From NCBI GenBank assembly GCA_029775915.1, contig JARVKA010000001.1, positions 28,781 to 92,780 on the forward strand: DNA of 64,000 bases, in the 5' to 3' direction. The position numbers and the translations under genes were made by a program. The notes under the pieces are model-generated. The model made no database searches, was not told where the DNA came from, and saw only the letters and a list, made by a program, of their open reading frames with translations. Numbering within the stretch: position 1 is the first letter of the stretch; each line of letters starts with the position of its first letter. Shown one piece after another: positions 1 to 10,098 of this stretch. The stretch comes from Nitrososphaeria archaeon (GTDB lineage: Archaea > Thermoproteota > Nitrososphaeria > Nitrososphaerales > JANXEG01).

Positions 1-1743
1 TCTTTCAAAGTATCTTAACGGTCTTAAACCATAACCTATATGCGCTATAGAAAAAGCAATTACAAGTACGAAAGTAAATAATAATCTTAACAATATATTG
101 AGCGGTGAACCCATTAAGAGCATACTATTATCAAAAACGAATATCCAAGGGATTATAAATGCGGGAAATCCAAGCCTTGATGCTGTTACAGCAGTTCTCA
201 TGATATTCGCTCCAGCTATACCAGCACCTGCATAAGCTGCTAAAGCTACGGGAGGTGTTATAGGAGCGAGTTGTGAAAAGTAAAATACATAAAGATGAGC
301 TATAAGCTTAGGAACACCTAACATTTCAAGTGCTGGTGCCATAATAGCTGCAGGTATTGCATAAGCCGCGACTGGTGGTACACCCATTCCAAGGATTATA
401 CACACAATAGCTGTCATAAGCAATAATAGTACTAAGTTATTTCCTGATAACTCAATTAAGAATATTGCAAGTCTTATACCAACACCTGTTAAGTTTAATA
501 CACCCATCACAGCTCCTGCAGCACTACACGCTATAGAAATCATTAATATTTCATAACTTGCTGTTTTAAATGCATTGTAAAAATTCTTTAAGCTAGGTCT
601 TGTAGTCTTCCTAAGTAAAGAGAAAATAATAAGGAGGATTATACAATAAAAAGCAGCTCTTTTTATAGGGTATCCTGTATATATAAGATAAACAAGGAAG
701 ATAAATGGGGGTAATAAATGCCCTCCCCATTTTATCACATTCCATATATTTGGTAATTCTTTCTTACTTAAACCTCTTAATCCTAATTTTTTTGCTTCAA
801 AGTGTACAGATAAAAATATACACAAAAAGTAGTAAATAGCAGGAATGATTGCTAAAAATGCAATAATATGGTAAGGAGTAGCGGTCATTTCAGCCATAAT
901 AAATGCTGCTGCACCCATAATTGGAGGCATAATTTGCCCTCCAGTAGATGCTGCTGCTTCTACAGCACCTGCAAAATGTGGTTTATAACCTAACTTTTTC
1001 ATCATGGGTATGGTGAAAGTGCCAGTAGCAACAACATTTGATACCGCACTACCAGATATTGTACCGAATGCTGCGCTAGCAACTACCGCTACTTTTGCAG
1101 GGCCACCATCCATATGTCCTGTGAGGCTGAAAGCAGCATCTGTAACAAACTTACCTCCACCAAATTCACGAAGAGTAGCAGAGAATATAATGAACATCAT
1201 AACTATAGATGTTATAACAGTAAGGATAGTGCCAAGCATACCTTCATAAGATAAATATAATAATGAGACGATTCTATCTAAATCAAAGCCTCCATGGTGT
1301 AATGGTCCTGGTATATATTGACCAAGAAACACATAACCTATAAAAATTAAAGCTATGAAAAATAAAGGTAAGCCCACCGCACGCCGAGTAAGCTCAAGTA
1401 ATAACACCATACCTAATAAAGAGAAGAAAATATCAACATCATTAGGTAATACAGTTCTTCTTTGAAATACCATTGTATAATAATTTATATAAATATACAT
1501 ACTACTTGAGAGTCCAAGTATAGTAAGGATTGCATCTATTAATAACTCATATTTATGCTTCTTCTTACCCCATGTGGCATAAAGAAAAAAAGATAAAGTG
1601 AATACAAAAGCGATATGAGTTACATTTAATAAATATGGCTCAAAATAACCAAAGTTAATCGCCCATAAATGATAAATAGTCATTATTACCGCTACTATTG
1701 AGCAAAATCTTCCCACAATACCACTTGGCTCTATCTTTAACAT
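1..1743 (-). CDS. TRAP transporter fused 4TM/12TM permease (TAXI-type); C-terminus runs off the window
   Basis: Absent from the ORF track because there is no stop in the window. The reverse frame is open from ATG 1743-1741 to base 1 (581 codons). The N-terminus reads MLKIEPSGIVGRFCSIVAVIMTIYHLWAINFGYFEPYLLNV and the protein is hydrophobic throughout. It lies 36 nt downstream of the TAXI receptor gene. The ATG at 1753 is in another frame that stops after 32 codons. Confidence 0.8.
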   Translation of the reverse strand, partial: MLKIEPSGIVGRFCSIVAVIMTIYHLWAINFGYFEPYLLNVTHIAFVFTLSFFLYATWGKKKHKYELLIDAILTILGLSSSMYIYINYYTMVFQRRTVLPNDVDIFFSLLGMVLLLELTRRAVGLPLFFIALIFIGYVFLGQYIPGPLHHGGFDLDRIVSLLYLSYEGMLGTILTVITSIVMMFIIFSATLREFGGGKFVTDAAFSLTGHMDGGPAKVAVVASAAFGTISGSAVSNVVATGTFTIPMMKKLGYKPHFAGAVEAAASTGGQIMPPIMGAAAFIMAEMTATPYHIIAFLAIIPAIYYFLCIFLSVHFEAKKLGLRGLSKKELPNIWNVIKWGGHLLPPFIFLVYLIYTGYPIKRAAFYCIILLIIFSLLRKTTRPSLKNFYNAFKTASYEILMISIACSAAGAVMGVLNLTGVGIRLAIFLIELSGNNLVLLLLMTAIVCIILGMGVPPVAAYAIPAAIMAPALEMLGVPKLIAHLYVFYFSQLAPITPPVALAAYAGAGIAGANIMRTAVTASRLGFPAFIIPWIFVFDNSMLLMGSPLNILLRLLFTFVLVIAFSIAHIGYGLRPLRYFER

Positions 1744-1779
1744 CTCTACTCATCTTTAATAAAAAAAGAAGAAAGGGTT

Positions 1780-2946
1780 TTAGTCTTTAATCCATCCTTT
1801 TTCTCTATAGAATCTCTCAGCACCCGGATGTATCTTCCAAACTCTTCTTAAATACTCTGGTATTTTAGGATCTTCCCAGAATTGGGGAGCTGGGTGTGCT
1901 TTAGCGATTTCATCTTTATGTTCATATACAGTTTTGATCAATTTATAAACCAAGTCTTCGGGCACATCTTCTCTCATTCCATCAACAGTCCAACCAGCAA
2001 TTGATAATACTGGTTTATCTTGATCTTTATAAGTTCCAGCAGGTATTGAATACGGTGTTCTATCTGGCATTTCTTTACATATCTTCTCAACCTCTGCTTC
2101 CGTTAAGGATATCAATCTAAATGAATGTGTAACTTGTAGTTCAAGTAATGCAGGTACTGGTATACCAGTAGAGAGTAATATAGCATCAACATCTTTAACC
2201 TTTAATGCTTCTACCGCATCTCGCTCAGCTAAATAATAAGGCTTTATATCCTTTTCAATATCAAGACCTAAAGCTTTAAAGACTTTTTCAACAACAATAT
2301 ATGAACCACTTCCTTTTGGATTTACGCTAACACGCTTGCCTTTAAGATCACCCATAGAGTAAATTGGGGCATCTTTTAATACTACTGTTTGCAATATTGG
2401 AGCATAGTATAACCAAGTCATTAAAACATTTTTAATAACTCTTCCCTCAAAAGGTGGTAAACCTCTTACAGCATAATACCAAGATGCAGTCCCGATCCCA
2501 CCCATATCTAACTTTCCTTTACTTATTAATTCAAGATTATCCTCACCACAACCCGTTACCTCTCCAGTCACCGAGACTTCTGGAAGATATTTATTAATTA
2601 CAGCAAGTATAGCGGTTGATATTACATATAGAGGACTCCCTACTCTACATAACCCATAGCGTAAAGTAACTTTCTTAGGTGGAGTAGGTGAAGGTGTAGG
2701 GCTTGGGGTTGGACTTGGAGTTGGTGTAGGAGTTGGAGTAGGTGTAGCAGTTATTGTAATAGTTTTTGTTACCGTAGGCCCAGTTACAGTCTCTGTTATA
2801 GTTTTTGTTATTACCTCTTTAGCTGCTGGTAATGATGCATAATATGCAGCTACACTACCACCAAATATAATTGCACCAGCTATAAATGAAGCGATATATT
2901 TTAAATAATCTCTTCTTGATACTTTACTTTCTGATTGCATAGCCAA
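1780..2946 (-). CDS. TAXI-family TRAP solute-binding receptor, membrane-anchored with a Thr/Pro/Ser linker
   Basis: 388 aa. It has an N-terminal TM anchor (YLKYIASFIAGAIIFGGSVAAYY). A linker TPTPTPTPTPSPTPSPTPSPTPP follows (DNA 2677-2745, imperfect 6-nt tandem repeat). The remaining ~300 aa look like a binding-protein fold, and the gene sits directly upstream of the fused TRAP permease. Confidence 0.75.
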   Translation of the reverse strand: MAMQSESKVSRRDYLKYIASFIAGAIIFGGSVAAYYASLPAAKEVITKTITETVTGPTVTKTITITATPTPTPTPTPSPTPSPTPSPTPPKKVTLRYGLCRVGSPLYVISTAILAVINKYLPEVSVTGEVTGCGEDNLELISKGKLDMGGIGTASWYYAVRGLPPFEGRVIKNVLMTWLYYAPILQTVVLKDAPIYSMGDLKGKRVSVNPKGSGSYIVVEKVFKALGLDIEKDIKPYYLAERDAVEALKVKDVDAILLSTGIPVPALLELQVTHSFRLISLTEAEVEKICKEMPDRTPYSIPAGTYKDQDKPVLSIAGWTVDGMREDVPEDLVYKLIKTVYEHKDEIAKAHPAPQFWEDPKIPEYLRRVWKIHPGAERFYREKGWIKD

Positions 2947-3093
2947 TAATAGAATAATGTGATATTTAAATTTTAAAAAATGAAATTTAGTTTATCATAC
3001 CAACTTTTCCCACCTTAGTTTTAACTTTAGATCACAAATTAAAATTTAAATTGAATCTTACTTACTGCAATTAAGCTATTAGAGTAAATTAGT

Positions 3094-4080
3094 CTATTTT
3101 AATTTATTCAAAACCTCAGGATTAATTATATCATTCAAATCGGGTAATCTTCCCTCTAAAACATTTACTACATTCATCGCTGCTTTAGCTAAAACTCTTT
3201 CTCTAGTTTCCTTTGTACTACCAGCACAATGTGGAGTTACAATAATATTATTTAATTGAAATAATGGATTATTTAAAGAAGGGGGTTCTTTTTCAAAAAC
3301 ATCTAAAGCAGCACCAGCAATCCTATTTTCTTTTAATGCATAATAAAGAGCTTTTTCGTCAATTACTTCACCTCTAGCTGTATTAATTAAATAAGCTGAA
3401 GGCTTCATTATTTTTAATTGCTTCTCTCCAATCATTTTTCTCGTTTCATTAGTAAGAGCAGTATGTATCGTTACAATATCAGATTCTCTTAAAAGAGTCT
3501 CCAAATTTACCAATTGAACTCCAATCTCTTTAGCCTTTTCATTAGACACATATGGATCATAAGCTAAAATCCTTACTTCAAATCCTTTTAATTTCATCGC
3601 TACCTTAGATCCTATGGCCCCAAAACCTATTATACCAATCGTTTTTCCTTTAAGATCATTGCCAAGCGTTTCTTCTCCTCTCCATTTTCCACTCTTTAAA
3701 TGATTCATAGCGAATGGAATCTTTCTCAATAAAGAAAGCATCAATCCTATAGCAAATTCTGCAACTGCATCTGCATTGAGAGCTGTAGTTCTAGTTACAA
3801 TTATATTTTTTTCTGTTGCTGCTTTAATATCAATATTCTCATATCCAGCTCCAAATTTACTAATTATCTTTAATTTATTCGCTGCCTCAATTACTCTTTT
3901 AGTAATTTTTTCCCTTGATGTAACTATTATCGCATCTACATCTTTTATTTTTTCAATAAGCTCTTCTTCTGTATATGGTCGATTAAGCCCTATTTCAATA
4001 TCGGCTATAGGTGATAAAATATCCATTACAATTTTACCAGGCGGTAAAAATTCTGGAATTAATACTCGAAATTTTTTCAT
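3094..4080 (-). CDS. D-isomer-specific 2-hydroxyacid dehydrogenase (glyoxylate/hydroxypyruvate reductase or PGDH-like)
   Basis: 328 aa. NAD-binding motif GKTIGIIGFGAIGSKVAMKL, the block NTARGEVIDEKAL, and the catalytic-His block VTPHCAGST. Confidence 0.85.
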   Translation of the reverse strand: MKKFRVLIPEFLPPGKIVMDILSPIADIEIGLNRPYTEEELIEKIKDVDAIIVTSREKITKRVIEAANKLKIISKFGAGYENIDIKAATEKNIIVTRTTALNADAVAEFAIGLMLSLLRKIPFAMNHLKSGKWRGEETLGNDLKGKTIGIIGFGAIGSKVAMKLKGFEVRILAYDPYVSNEKAKEIGVQLVNLETLLRESDIVTIHTALTNETRKMIGEKQLKIMKPSAYLINTARGEVIDEKALYYALKENRIAGAALDVFEKEPPSLNNPLFQLNNIIVTPHCAGSTKETRERVLAKAAMNVVNVLEGRLPDLNDIINPEVLNKLK

Positions 4081-4178
4081 TTACTTATTGCTAAAATTAT
4101 CTAATTATTAAATTTTTATTGAAATTTGAATAAATCATCAGCATTTAGCGCTATATTTTTAATCACATAATGTGAGCG

Positions 4179-4210
4179 AGAGCTTTTATTCACATTTGAA
4201 TAAGAGCTCT
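4179..4210. promoter_or_regulatory. 32-bp near-perfect palindrome in a divergent promoter region (candidate operator)
   Basis: agagcttTTATTCA-catt-TGAATAAgagctct: 14-nt arms with one mismatch and a 4-nt spacer. A related half-site, aaatttgaataaatc, lies at ~4121-4136. The palindrome sits between the divergent dehydrogenase (3094-4080, -) and flavoprotein (4383-5810, +) genes. Confidence 0.35.
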
Positions 4211-4382
4211 TAAATAGCTTTTAAAATATGTGCACAAAAAATATAATTAAAAAATGACAGAAATCTAAAAATCTTGGATAAAATCAATTTGTTTTTCCAA
4301 GCGTAATTAATACCAATAATGATACAATTACCAATATTTAATAACAAACTTTATATAAAGAATATCAAATTTTAGTAATCGT

Positions 4383-5810
4383 ATGTTAGCAATAGGAGAT
4401 ATACCAAAAGAAGAGCATGATGTTATTGTAATAGGTTGTGGATTGGCTGGTTTGGCATCAGCACTTTCAGCTTATGAAAATGGAGTTGAAGTTGTAATTG
4501 TTGAAAAAGCTACTAGAGCATTAGCTGGAGGTAGTGGTAGATTTACTGATGGTGTTATTAGAAGTGTAATTAAAGAACCATCTTCGGAGAAGAATCCACA
4601 CACGGGTATTTATAGTGAAGAAGATTTTTATGACGATTTAATGAAGACCACAAAAGGTATGTGTGATCCTGAGCTTGCTGAGACTCTTGTTAAAAACTCA
4701 GCATCAGCTTTAGATTGGTTATTAAATTTCGGTGTTGAATGGGATATTCCAAGACCTGGCGGCCCGGGTAGGCGTACAGCGAAAGGTGGTGGTGAAGGAT
4801 TGGTAGAGACTTTAATCTCAGCTGCTGAGAAAAGAGGTATAAAGATTTTGTATGAAACAAGGGCTATAAAATTAATTGTAGATAAGTACATGAATGTAAT
4901 AGGTGTTAGAGTACTTACAAAAAATGGGCTTTTAGACCTTATGGGTAAAGCAGTTATTTTAGCTTCAGGAGGTTTTCAAGCAAATCCAGAAATGAGAACT
5001 AAATACCTTGGGGAAACAGCTGGCTTAATACAAATAGTTAGAGGCACTAGGCATGCTACTGGTGAAGGTATAATGATGGCTCTTGAGATTGGTGCTCAAC
5101 CATATGGACATTGGGGAGGTTTCCACACAGCTCCTATAGATGCTCGCTCACCAAAGTTAGAGTGTGGTGTAACGAATATAAGGGGTTTTGAGTATGGGAT
5201 TTTGGTTAATATATATGGTGAAAGATTCGTGGATGAAGGAGAAAATTATTATGATTTGATTTATGTCGATGTTGCGCATAAGATTATAAAGCAGCCCGGA
5301 AATTTAGCCTTCAGTATATTTGATCAAAAGATAAAGCATCTTGCTCTTATTCATTGGGCTGGGAGTGAAGCGATAGTGGCAGATACTTTAAAAGAGTTAG
5401 CAGAAAGGCTTGGCATTCTTTATCCTGAAAGGTTTGAGAAGACAGTTAATGAATTTAATGCAGCTGTTCAACCTGGAGAATTTAACCCTAAAAAACTCGA
5501 TGGAAAGTGCACAATTGGAATTGAACCTCCAAAATCCAATTGGGCGGTGCCTATAGATACACCACCATATGTGAGTTATCCTTTAACTGGAGGAATAACT
5601 TTCACATTTGGAGGATTGAGAATAAATACAAATGCTGAGGTTTTGGATATCACCGGTAAGCCTATACCGGGACTCTATGCCGTTGGTGAGTTAACTGGAG
5701 GCTTCTTTTATCATAGTTATCCTGGTGGATCTGGAATTACACGAAACTTAGTTTTCGGTAGGATAGCTGGAAAAAATGCTGCTGAAAGAGCAAAATGCCA
5801 AAAAACATAA
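4383..5810 (+). CDS. Soluble FAD flavoprotein, fumarate-reductase/TcuA(CobZ)-like oxidoreductase
   Basis: 475 aa. N-terminal FAD fold DVIVIGCGLAGLASALSAYENGVEVVIVEK. C-terminal GLYAVGELTGGFFYHSYPGGSG...GRIAG. No TM segments. Confidence 0.65.
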   Translation: MLAIGDIPKEEHDVIVIGCGLAGLASALSAYENGVEVVIVEKATRALAGGSGRFTDGVIRSVIKEPSSEKNPHTGIYSEEDFYDDLMKTTKGMCDPELAETLVKNSASALDWLLNFGVEWDIPRPGGPGRRTAKGGGEGLVETLISAAEKRGIKILYETRAIKLIVDKYMNVIGVRVLTKNGLLDLMGKAVILASGGFQANPEMRTKYLGETAGLIQIVRGTRHATGEGIMMALEIGAQPYGHWGGFHTAPIDARSPKLECGVTNIRGFEYGILVNIYGERFVDEGENYYDLIYVDVAHKIIKQPGNLAFSIFDQKIKHLALIHWAGSEAIVADTLKELAERLGILYPERFEKTVNEFNAAVQPGEFNPKKLDGKCTIGIEPPKSNWAVPIDTPPYVSYPLTGGITFTFGGLRINTNAEVLDITGKPIPGLYAVGELTGGFFYHSYPGGSGITRNLVFGRIAGKNAAERAKCQKT

Positions 5811-5861
5811 GCCATTAAACTCAAAACAATTAAAAAAGACTTTATTTAATATTTGTTATGA

Positions 5862-6788
5862 GTGACCACTTTGAGAGCAAGCAGCATTCTTAGGCAGATG
5901 CTTAAAGAAGCTGGGATTATTGTAGCTCCAGGCGCATTTAATGCCTTTTTAGCAAAACTCGTTGAACAAGTCGGTTTTAAAGCTGTATATGTGAGTGGCG
6001 CTGGAACTTCTATAACTATGCTCGGCTTACCAGATTTAGGCTTTATGACTTTAAATGAAATTATTTGGAATACAAGGAATATAGCGAGAGCTGTTAATAT
6101 ACCCGTTATAGCTGATGCAAATACAGGTTATGGTAACGCTGTAACACTTACTAGAACGGTTGAGGAATTCATTAAAGCTGGTGCTGCTGCAATACATATA
6201 GAGGATCAAGAAATACCGAAGAGGTGTGGACACTTAAAGGGTAAAATTCTTATACCTATAGAGGAGATGGTCGGAAAGATTAAAGCTGCTATCGATACTC
6301 GGGATAAACTCGATCCAGACTTTGTAATTATTGCTAGAACTGATGCTAGAGGTGCAGTTAAAGGTGGTGTAGATGAGGCATTAAAGAGAGCTGAGGCTTA
6401 CATTAAAGCTGGTGCTGATATGATTTTTATAGAAGGGCCTAAATCTATAGATGAGCTTAAACTCTTCGCTGAAAGGATTAAAGCACCATTAATGGCGAAT
6501 ATGGTAGAGGGCGGAATAACTCCACTTCTCTCAACAAAAGAGTTAGAAGAGCTTGGTTATAAGCTTGTAATATTTCCAAATTCTATTCTTAGACTTATAC
6601 ATAAAGCTGCGATAGAGTTATTAGAGGAGCTTAAGCAAACAGGCTCGACCAAAGCCTTTTTAAGTAAAATGATGCTCTTTCCAAGTCAGCAAGATGTTGT
6701 TGGGCTTAAAGAATATGTAAAGCTTGAGGAAAAATACTTACCTAAAGAAGAGGTTAGAATAAAGTATACAGAGTCTTTAGGCTTTTAA
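5862..6788 (+). CDS. Isocitrate-lyase/PEP-mutase family lyase (2-methylisocitrate lyase / dimethylmalate lyase-like)
   Basis: 308 aa, GTG start. Active-site block IEDQEIPKRCGHLKGK (KRCGH) and IIARTDA. The size fits the PrpB class. Confidence 0.8.
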   Translation: MTTLRASSILRQMLKEAGIIVAPGAFNAFLAKLVEQVGFKAVYVSGAGTSITMLGLPDLGFMTLNEIIWNTRNIARAVNIPVIADANTGYGNAVTLTRTVEEFIKAGAAAIHIEDQEIPKRCGHLKGKILIPIEEMVGKIKAAIDTRDKLDPDFVIIARTDARGAVKGGVDEALKRAEAYIKAGADMIFIEGPKSIDELKLFAERIKAPLMANMVEGGITPLLSTKELEELGYKLVIFPNSILRLIHKAAIELLEELKQTGSTKAFLSKMMLFPSQQDVVGLKEYVKLEEKYLPKEEVRIKYTESLGF

Positions 6789-8149
6789 ATCCTTAACAAT
6801 TTTGTAAAGTCTGAGATTTTATAAAACTCTTCCAACTTAAAGGTTGATTCCATAATTTCTTTAGCCCTTTCAACCTTAAAGATTTTAGAAGCTAAAGTTA
6901 AAAATTTATTTATTACACTTTGCTCATCAAAATTCTCAGGCTCTCCTTTAGGATAATTTACAACCGCTTGAAGAATTTTTCCATTCTTAAGCTTAACTTC
7001 AATTATACTTCTCCTACTTCTTGGATAATCTTTATCTATCTCTGGATCAACCAATACCTTTACCTTTTTTGCAAGCTTAAGAGCCTCTTGATTGGGCGTA
7101 AATTCATCATAAATCAATTCATCTACTCCAAAGGATCCTTTAACAAGGGATAAGGCTACTGCGTAAGGAGCGCTAAATTTCGCTTCACCAGTAGTTTTAG
7201 GTTCTTGAATCTTACCTGTAAGACTAGCAGCTACAGAATTCGTTCTCACAATTACTTCATCTATTGAATTTAAGTCTAGTAGCTTTACTTTATTGTAAAG
7301 CTCTAATGAAGCATCGATTAAGGCATGCATATGTCTACAGCATGAATAAAACTTAAAATAAGTTTTATTAATTTCATAATCTTTGCCAAGATTTAAAGTA
7401 AAAAGCTCAAATTTTACATTTTCTCCCATAGCTTTCAAAAATCCTTTATCTCCTTCAAAAATGGTATCTGGACCCTTAATGCCATCTTTAGCTAAAAGCG
7501 CTGCAAGAAGACCACTTTGTGCTGCTTTTCCAGCATGTAATGGTTTTACATCCTGACCTCTCTCCACAACCTCTAGCAAGCCAGAGCTTTGAGTACCTGC
7601 TATACCAAGAGCACTTGCCATACGTTCCTCATTTAAGTTTATAATCTTTCCTACCGCTACAGCAGCTCCAAAAGGTCCTATCGTTCCTGTTGGGTGAAAT
7701 CCTTTTTTTGTATGCCATGGATGCATTGCCATTCCTATTCTAGCCATAACTTCATAACCACATACTATTCCCGTTATGAGAGTCTTACCATCAATATCCA
7801 TTATTTCTGCAATTGCAAGTGCTGCTGGGATTACCACTGCTCCAATATGACATGCTGATAATCTATGTCCATCCTCTAGTTCTAATGAATGGCCTTTCAA
7901 ACCGTTTAATAAGGCTGCATTCAAACTTGTAGTCATATAATTTTCACCTATAATAGTTGCTTCACCTTCCCCCTTTAAGCTACCCAAATATTTTGAAATA
8001 GCTTTGTATAAAGGTGCTTGTGAAGCGGCTGCTGCTACGCCTATGTGATCCAATATATGTAATTTAGCCCTCCTAACCACTTCTTGTGGTAAGTTTTCAA
8101 AACTTACAGATGTGACATATTCACTATAGATTTTTGAAAGTTGTTGCAA
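6785..8149 (-). CDS. MmgE/PrpD family protein, paralogue 1
   Basis: 454 aa, full-length two-domain MmgE/PrpD pattern (LPQEVVRRAKLHILDHIGVAAAAS; GFHPTGTIGPFGAAVAVG). Its stop overlaps the convergent lyase gene by 4 nt. Confidence 0.8.
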   Translation of the reverse strand: MQQLSKIYSEYVTSVSFENLPQEVVRRAKLHILDHIGVAAAASQAPLYKAISKYLGSLKGEGEATIIGENYMTTSLNAALLNGLKGHSLELEDGHRLSACHIGAVVIPAALAIAEIMDIDGKTLITGIVCGYEVMARIGMAMHPWHTKKGFHPTGTIGPFGAAVAVGKIINLNEERMASALGIAGTQSSGLLEVVERGQDVKPLHAGKAAQSGLLAALLAKDGIKGPDTIFEGDKGFLKAMGENVKFELFTLNLGKDYEINKTYFKFYSCCRHMHALIDASLELYNKVKLLDLNSIDEVIVRTNSVAASLTGKIQEPKTTGEAKFSAPYAVALSLVKGSFGVDELIYDEFTPNQEALKLAKKVKVLVDPEIDKDYPRSRRSIIEVKLKNGKILQAVVNYPKGEPENFDEQSVINKFLTLASKIFKVERAKEIMESTFKLEEFYKISDFTKLLRI

Positions 8150-8175
8150 AACTTTTCCACCTTTAATACTAACTA

Positions 8176-9156
8176 TTAAGACTCTTTAAGCTTTAATTCC
8201 TCTATTATGGCTGGTATGATCTTTCTTAAATCACCAATTATTGCATAATCTGAATAATCAAAAATTGGCGCTTTTGAATCCGTATTAATCGAAACTATGA
8301 TCTTTGAATCTTTCATACCAACTATATGTTGACTTGCCCCAGATATACCACACGCTATGTAAAGTTTCGGCTTTACAGTCTTACCTGATAAACCTACTTG
8401 CCTCTCGGAAGGAAGCCAACCTAAATCTATGAGAGGTCTTGAGCAAGCTAAAGTAGCACCTAAAGCTTCAGCCAATTGCTCTACAAGTTTTAAACCAGAT
8501 TTATCACCTACACCTCTACCCGCTGCTACAATGAGATCAGCTTTAGTAATATCTATCTCAGCTGGCTTAGGCTCTAAAATTCTTAAAAATTTAACCTTAA
8601 GCTCATCTTCCTTAAGTTCTACACTTCTTCTTAAAATTTGAGCTTTTGGTAACTCGATTCGCTCCTTAGGCTTAATCACTCCCTTTTGAATGGATACTAT
8701 AAGTGGTTTTTCATCCTCTACCCCTATCCTTACCCAAACCTTTCCTCCATACATACTTCTTACTGGTATTAACTTATTATCCTCTATCAAAAGATCTGTA
8801 CAATTAGTTACTATATTGGCATGAAGCTTCGCAGCTAAAGCTGGAGCTAAATCCATGCTAGTAAAGCTATGAATTAATAATATAAGACTCGGTTTAAGTT
8901 CTTTAAAAGTTTCATAAAGAATATTGATATATGCATCAGTATAATGATTTAAAAGAGGGTGCTCATAAGCGATAATCTGATCCAAACCTTTATTTGATAA
9001 TTCCTCTATAACCTCATCAATCTTTTCACCAAGCATAATTAAATAAAGTTTTGTTTTAAATGCATCAGCAATATCTCTTCCTTTTGATATAAGTTCATAA
9101 GTTGATGGATCGAGCTTTCCAAGCTTAAATTCAGCCACAATTGCTACGCAATTCAA
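8176..9156 (-). CDS. etfA: Electron transfer flavoprotein alpha subunit
   Basis: 326 aa. C-terminal ETF-alpha FAD signature PKLYIACGISGASQHIVGMKDSKIIVSINTDSKAPIFDYSDYAIIGD. Confidence 0.9.
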   Translation of the reverse strand: MNCVAIVAEFKLGKLDPSTYELISKGRDIADAFKTKLYLIMLGEKIDEVIEELSNKGLDQIIAYEHPLLNHYTDAYINILYETFKELKPSLILLIHSFTSMDLAPALAAKLHANIVTNCTDLLIEDNKLIPVRSMYGGKVWVRIGVEDEKPLIVSIQKGVIKPKERIELPKAQILRRSVELKEDELKVKFLRILEPKPAEIDITKADLIVAAGRGVGDKSGLKLVEQLAEALGATLACSRPLIDLGWLPSERQVGLSGKTVKPKLYIACGISGASQHIVGMKDSKIIVSINTDSKAPIFDYSDYAIIGDLRKIIPAIIEELKLKES

Positions 9157-9159
9157 ATT

Positions 9160-9942
9160 TTACACCACCTTAGCCTCTCTAAGTTCTTTAATTAAGTTTT
9201 TTGCTATCTCATTAGGGCTTCCAGTTATGTAGCGAGCTTTTCTCCCCTTTGGAGGTGCGAAGTATTGAATAATTCGAGTCTTTGGTTTAATCTCTTCAAT
9301 ACTCAATCCAAGATCTTGAAGGTGTAAAGTCATTATACTGCGCTTTTTAGCATTAAGGATTTTAAACACGGGTGCGTAACGCAAGCTATAAATTCCATAT
9401 TGTATTGTAAGAAGGGCTGGAGGATTTATTAAAAGTTCAGCATTAAAGCCTTCGCCAAGCTCTCTTTTAACCTTTATCGCTCCATTTAAAACTTCAATTC
9501 CAGAAACTACAGAAATATGTGGTATTCCTAAAGATTCAGCTACCAAAACTCCAACTTGAGAAGCGGCATAATCGAAAGATTCAGAACCTGTAAGTATAAT
9601 TTCGTATGGTGTTTTACTTATCGCTTTGGAGAGTATCTTAGCCACTGAAGATGGGTCAAGGGAGTAAAGTAATTTTTCTTCTATTGAAATATGTATCGCT
9701 TTATCCGCACCTTTAGCCATAGCTATGTAAAGAGCTTCTCTAACTCTCATAGGGCCGAGGGATATGACGGTAACATAACCTTTAGTTAACTCCTTAAGCC
9801 TTAATGCAGCCTCGAGAGCGTAATCATCAGCCTCATTAATCACATACGATACTTTTTTAAAGTTTAATTCTTTACCATCTTCGGATATCTCGAACTCAAC
9901 ATCTGAACTTACAACTTGCTTTAATAGCACAACTAAATTCAT
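9160..9942 (-). CDS. etfB: Electron transfer flavoprotein beta subunit
   Basis: 260 aa. ETF-beta-type N-terminus MNLVVLLKQVVSSD. It ends 3 nt before etfA begins. Confidence 0.85.
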   Translation of the reverse strand: MNLVVLLKQVVSSDVEFEISEDGKELNFKKVSYVINEADDYALEAALRLKELTKGYVTVISLGPMRVREALYIAMAKGADKAIHISIEEKLLYSLDPSSVAKILSKAISKTPYEIILTGSESFDYAASQVGVLVAESLGIPHISVVSGIEVLNGAIKVKRELGEGFNAELLINPPALLTIQYGIYSLRYAPVFKILNAKKRSIMTLHLQDLGLSIEEIKPKTRIIQYFAPPKGRKARYITGSPNEIAKNLIKELREAKVV

Positions 9943-10098
9943 TTTTATCCTTTAAAAATCCTATAAATTCCCATCTTTATACTTTTCCACTAAACTTATG
10001 TTAAAATAGCATTCGGAATCGAATCAATTAAACAATTTTGATATCTTACTAAAATCTCTGGCTAAAGTTTATATTTAAATATTTAAAAATTTTATGGT

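Noticed and set aside
1741-1753. ATG at 1753 as the start of the TRAP permease
   Set aside because: That frame stops after 32 codons. The ATG at 1743 opens the 581-codon hydrophobic frame.
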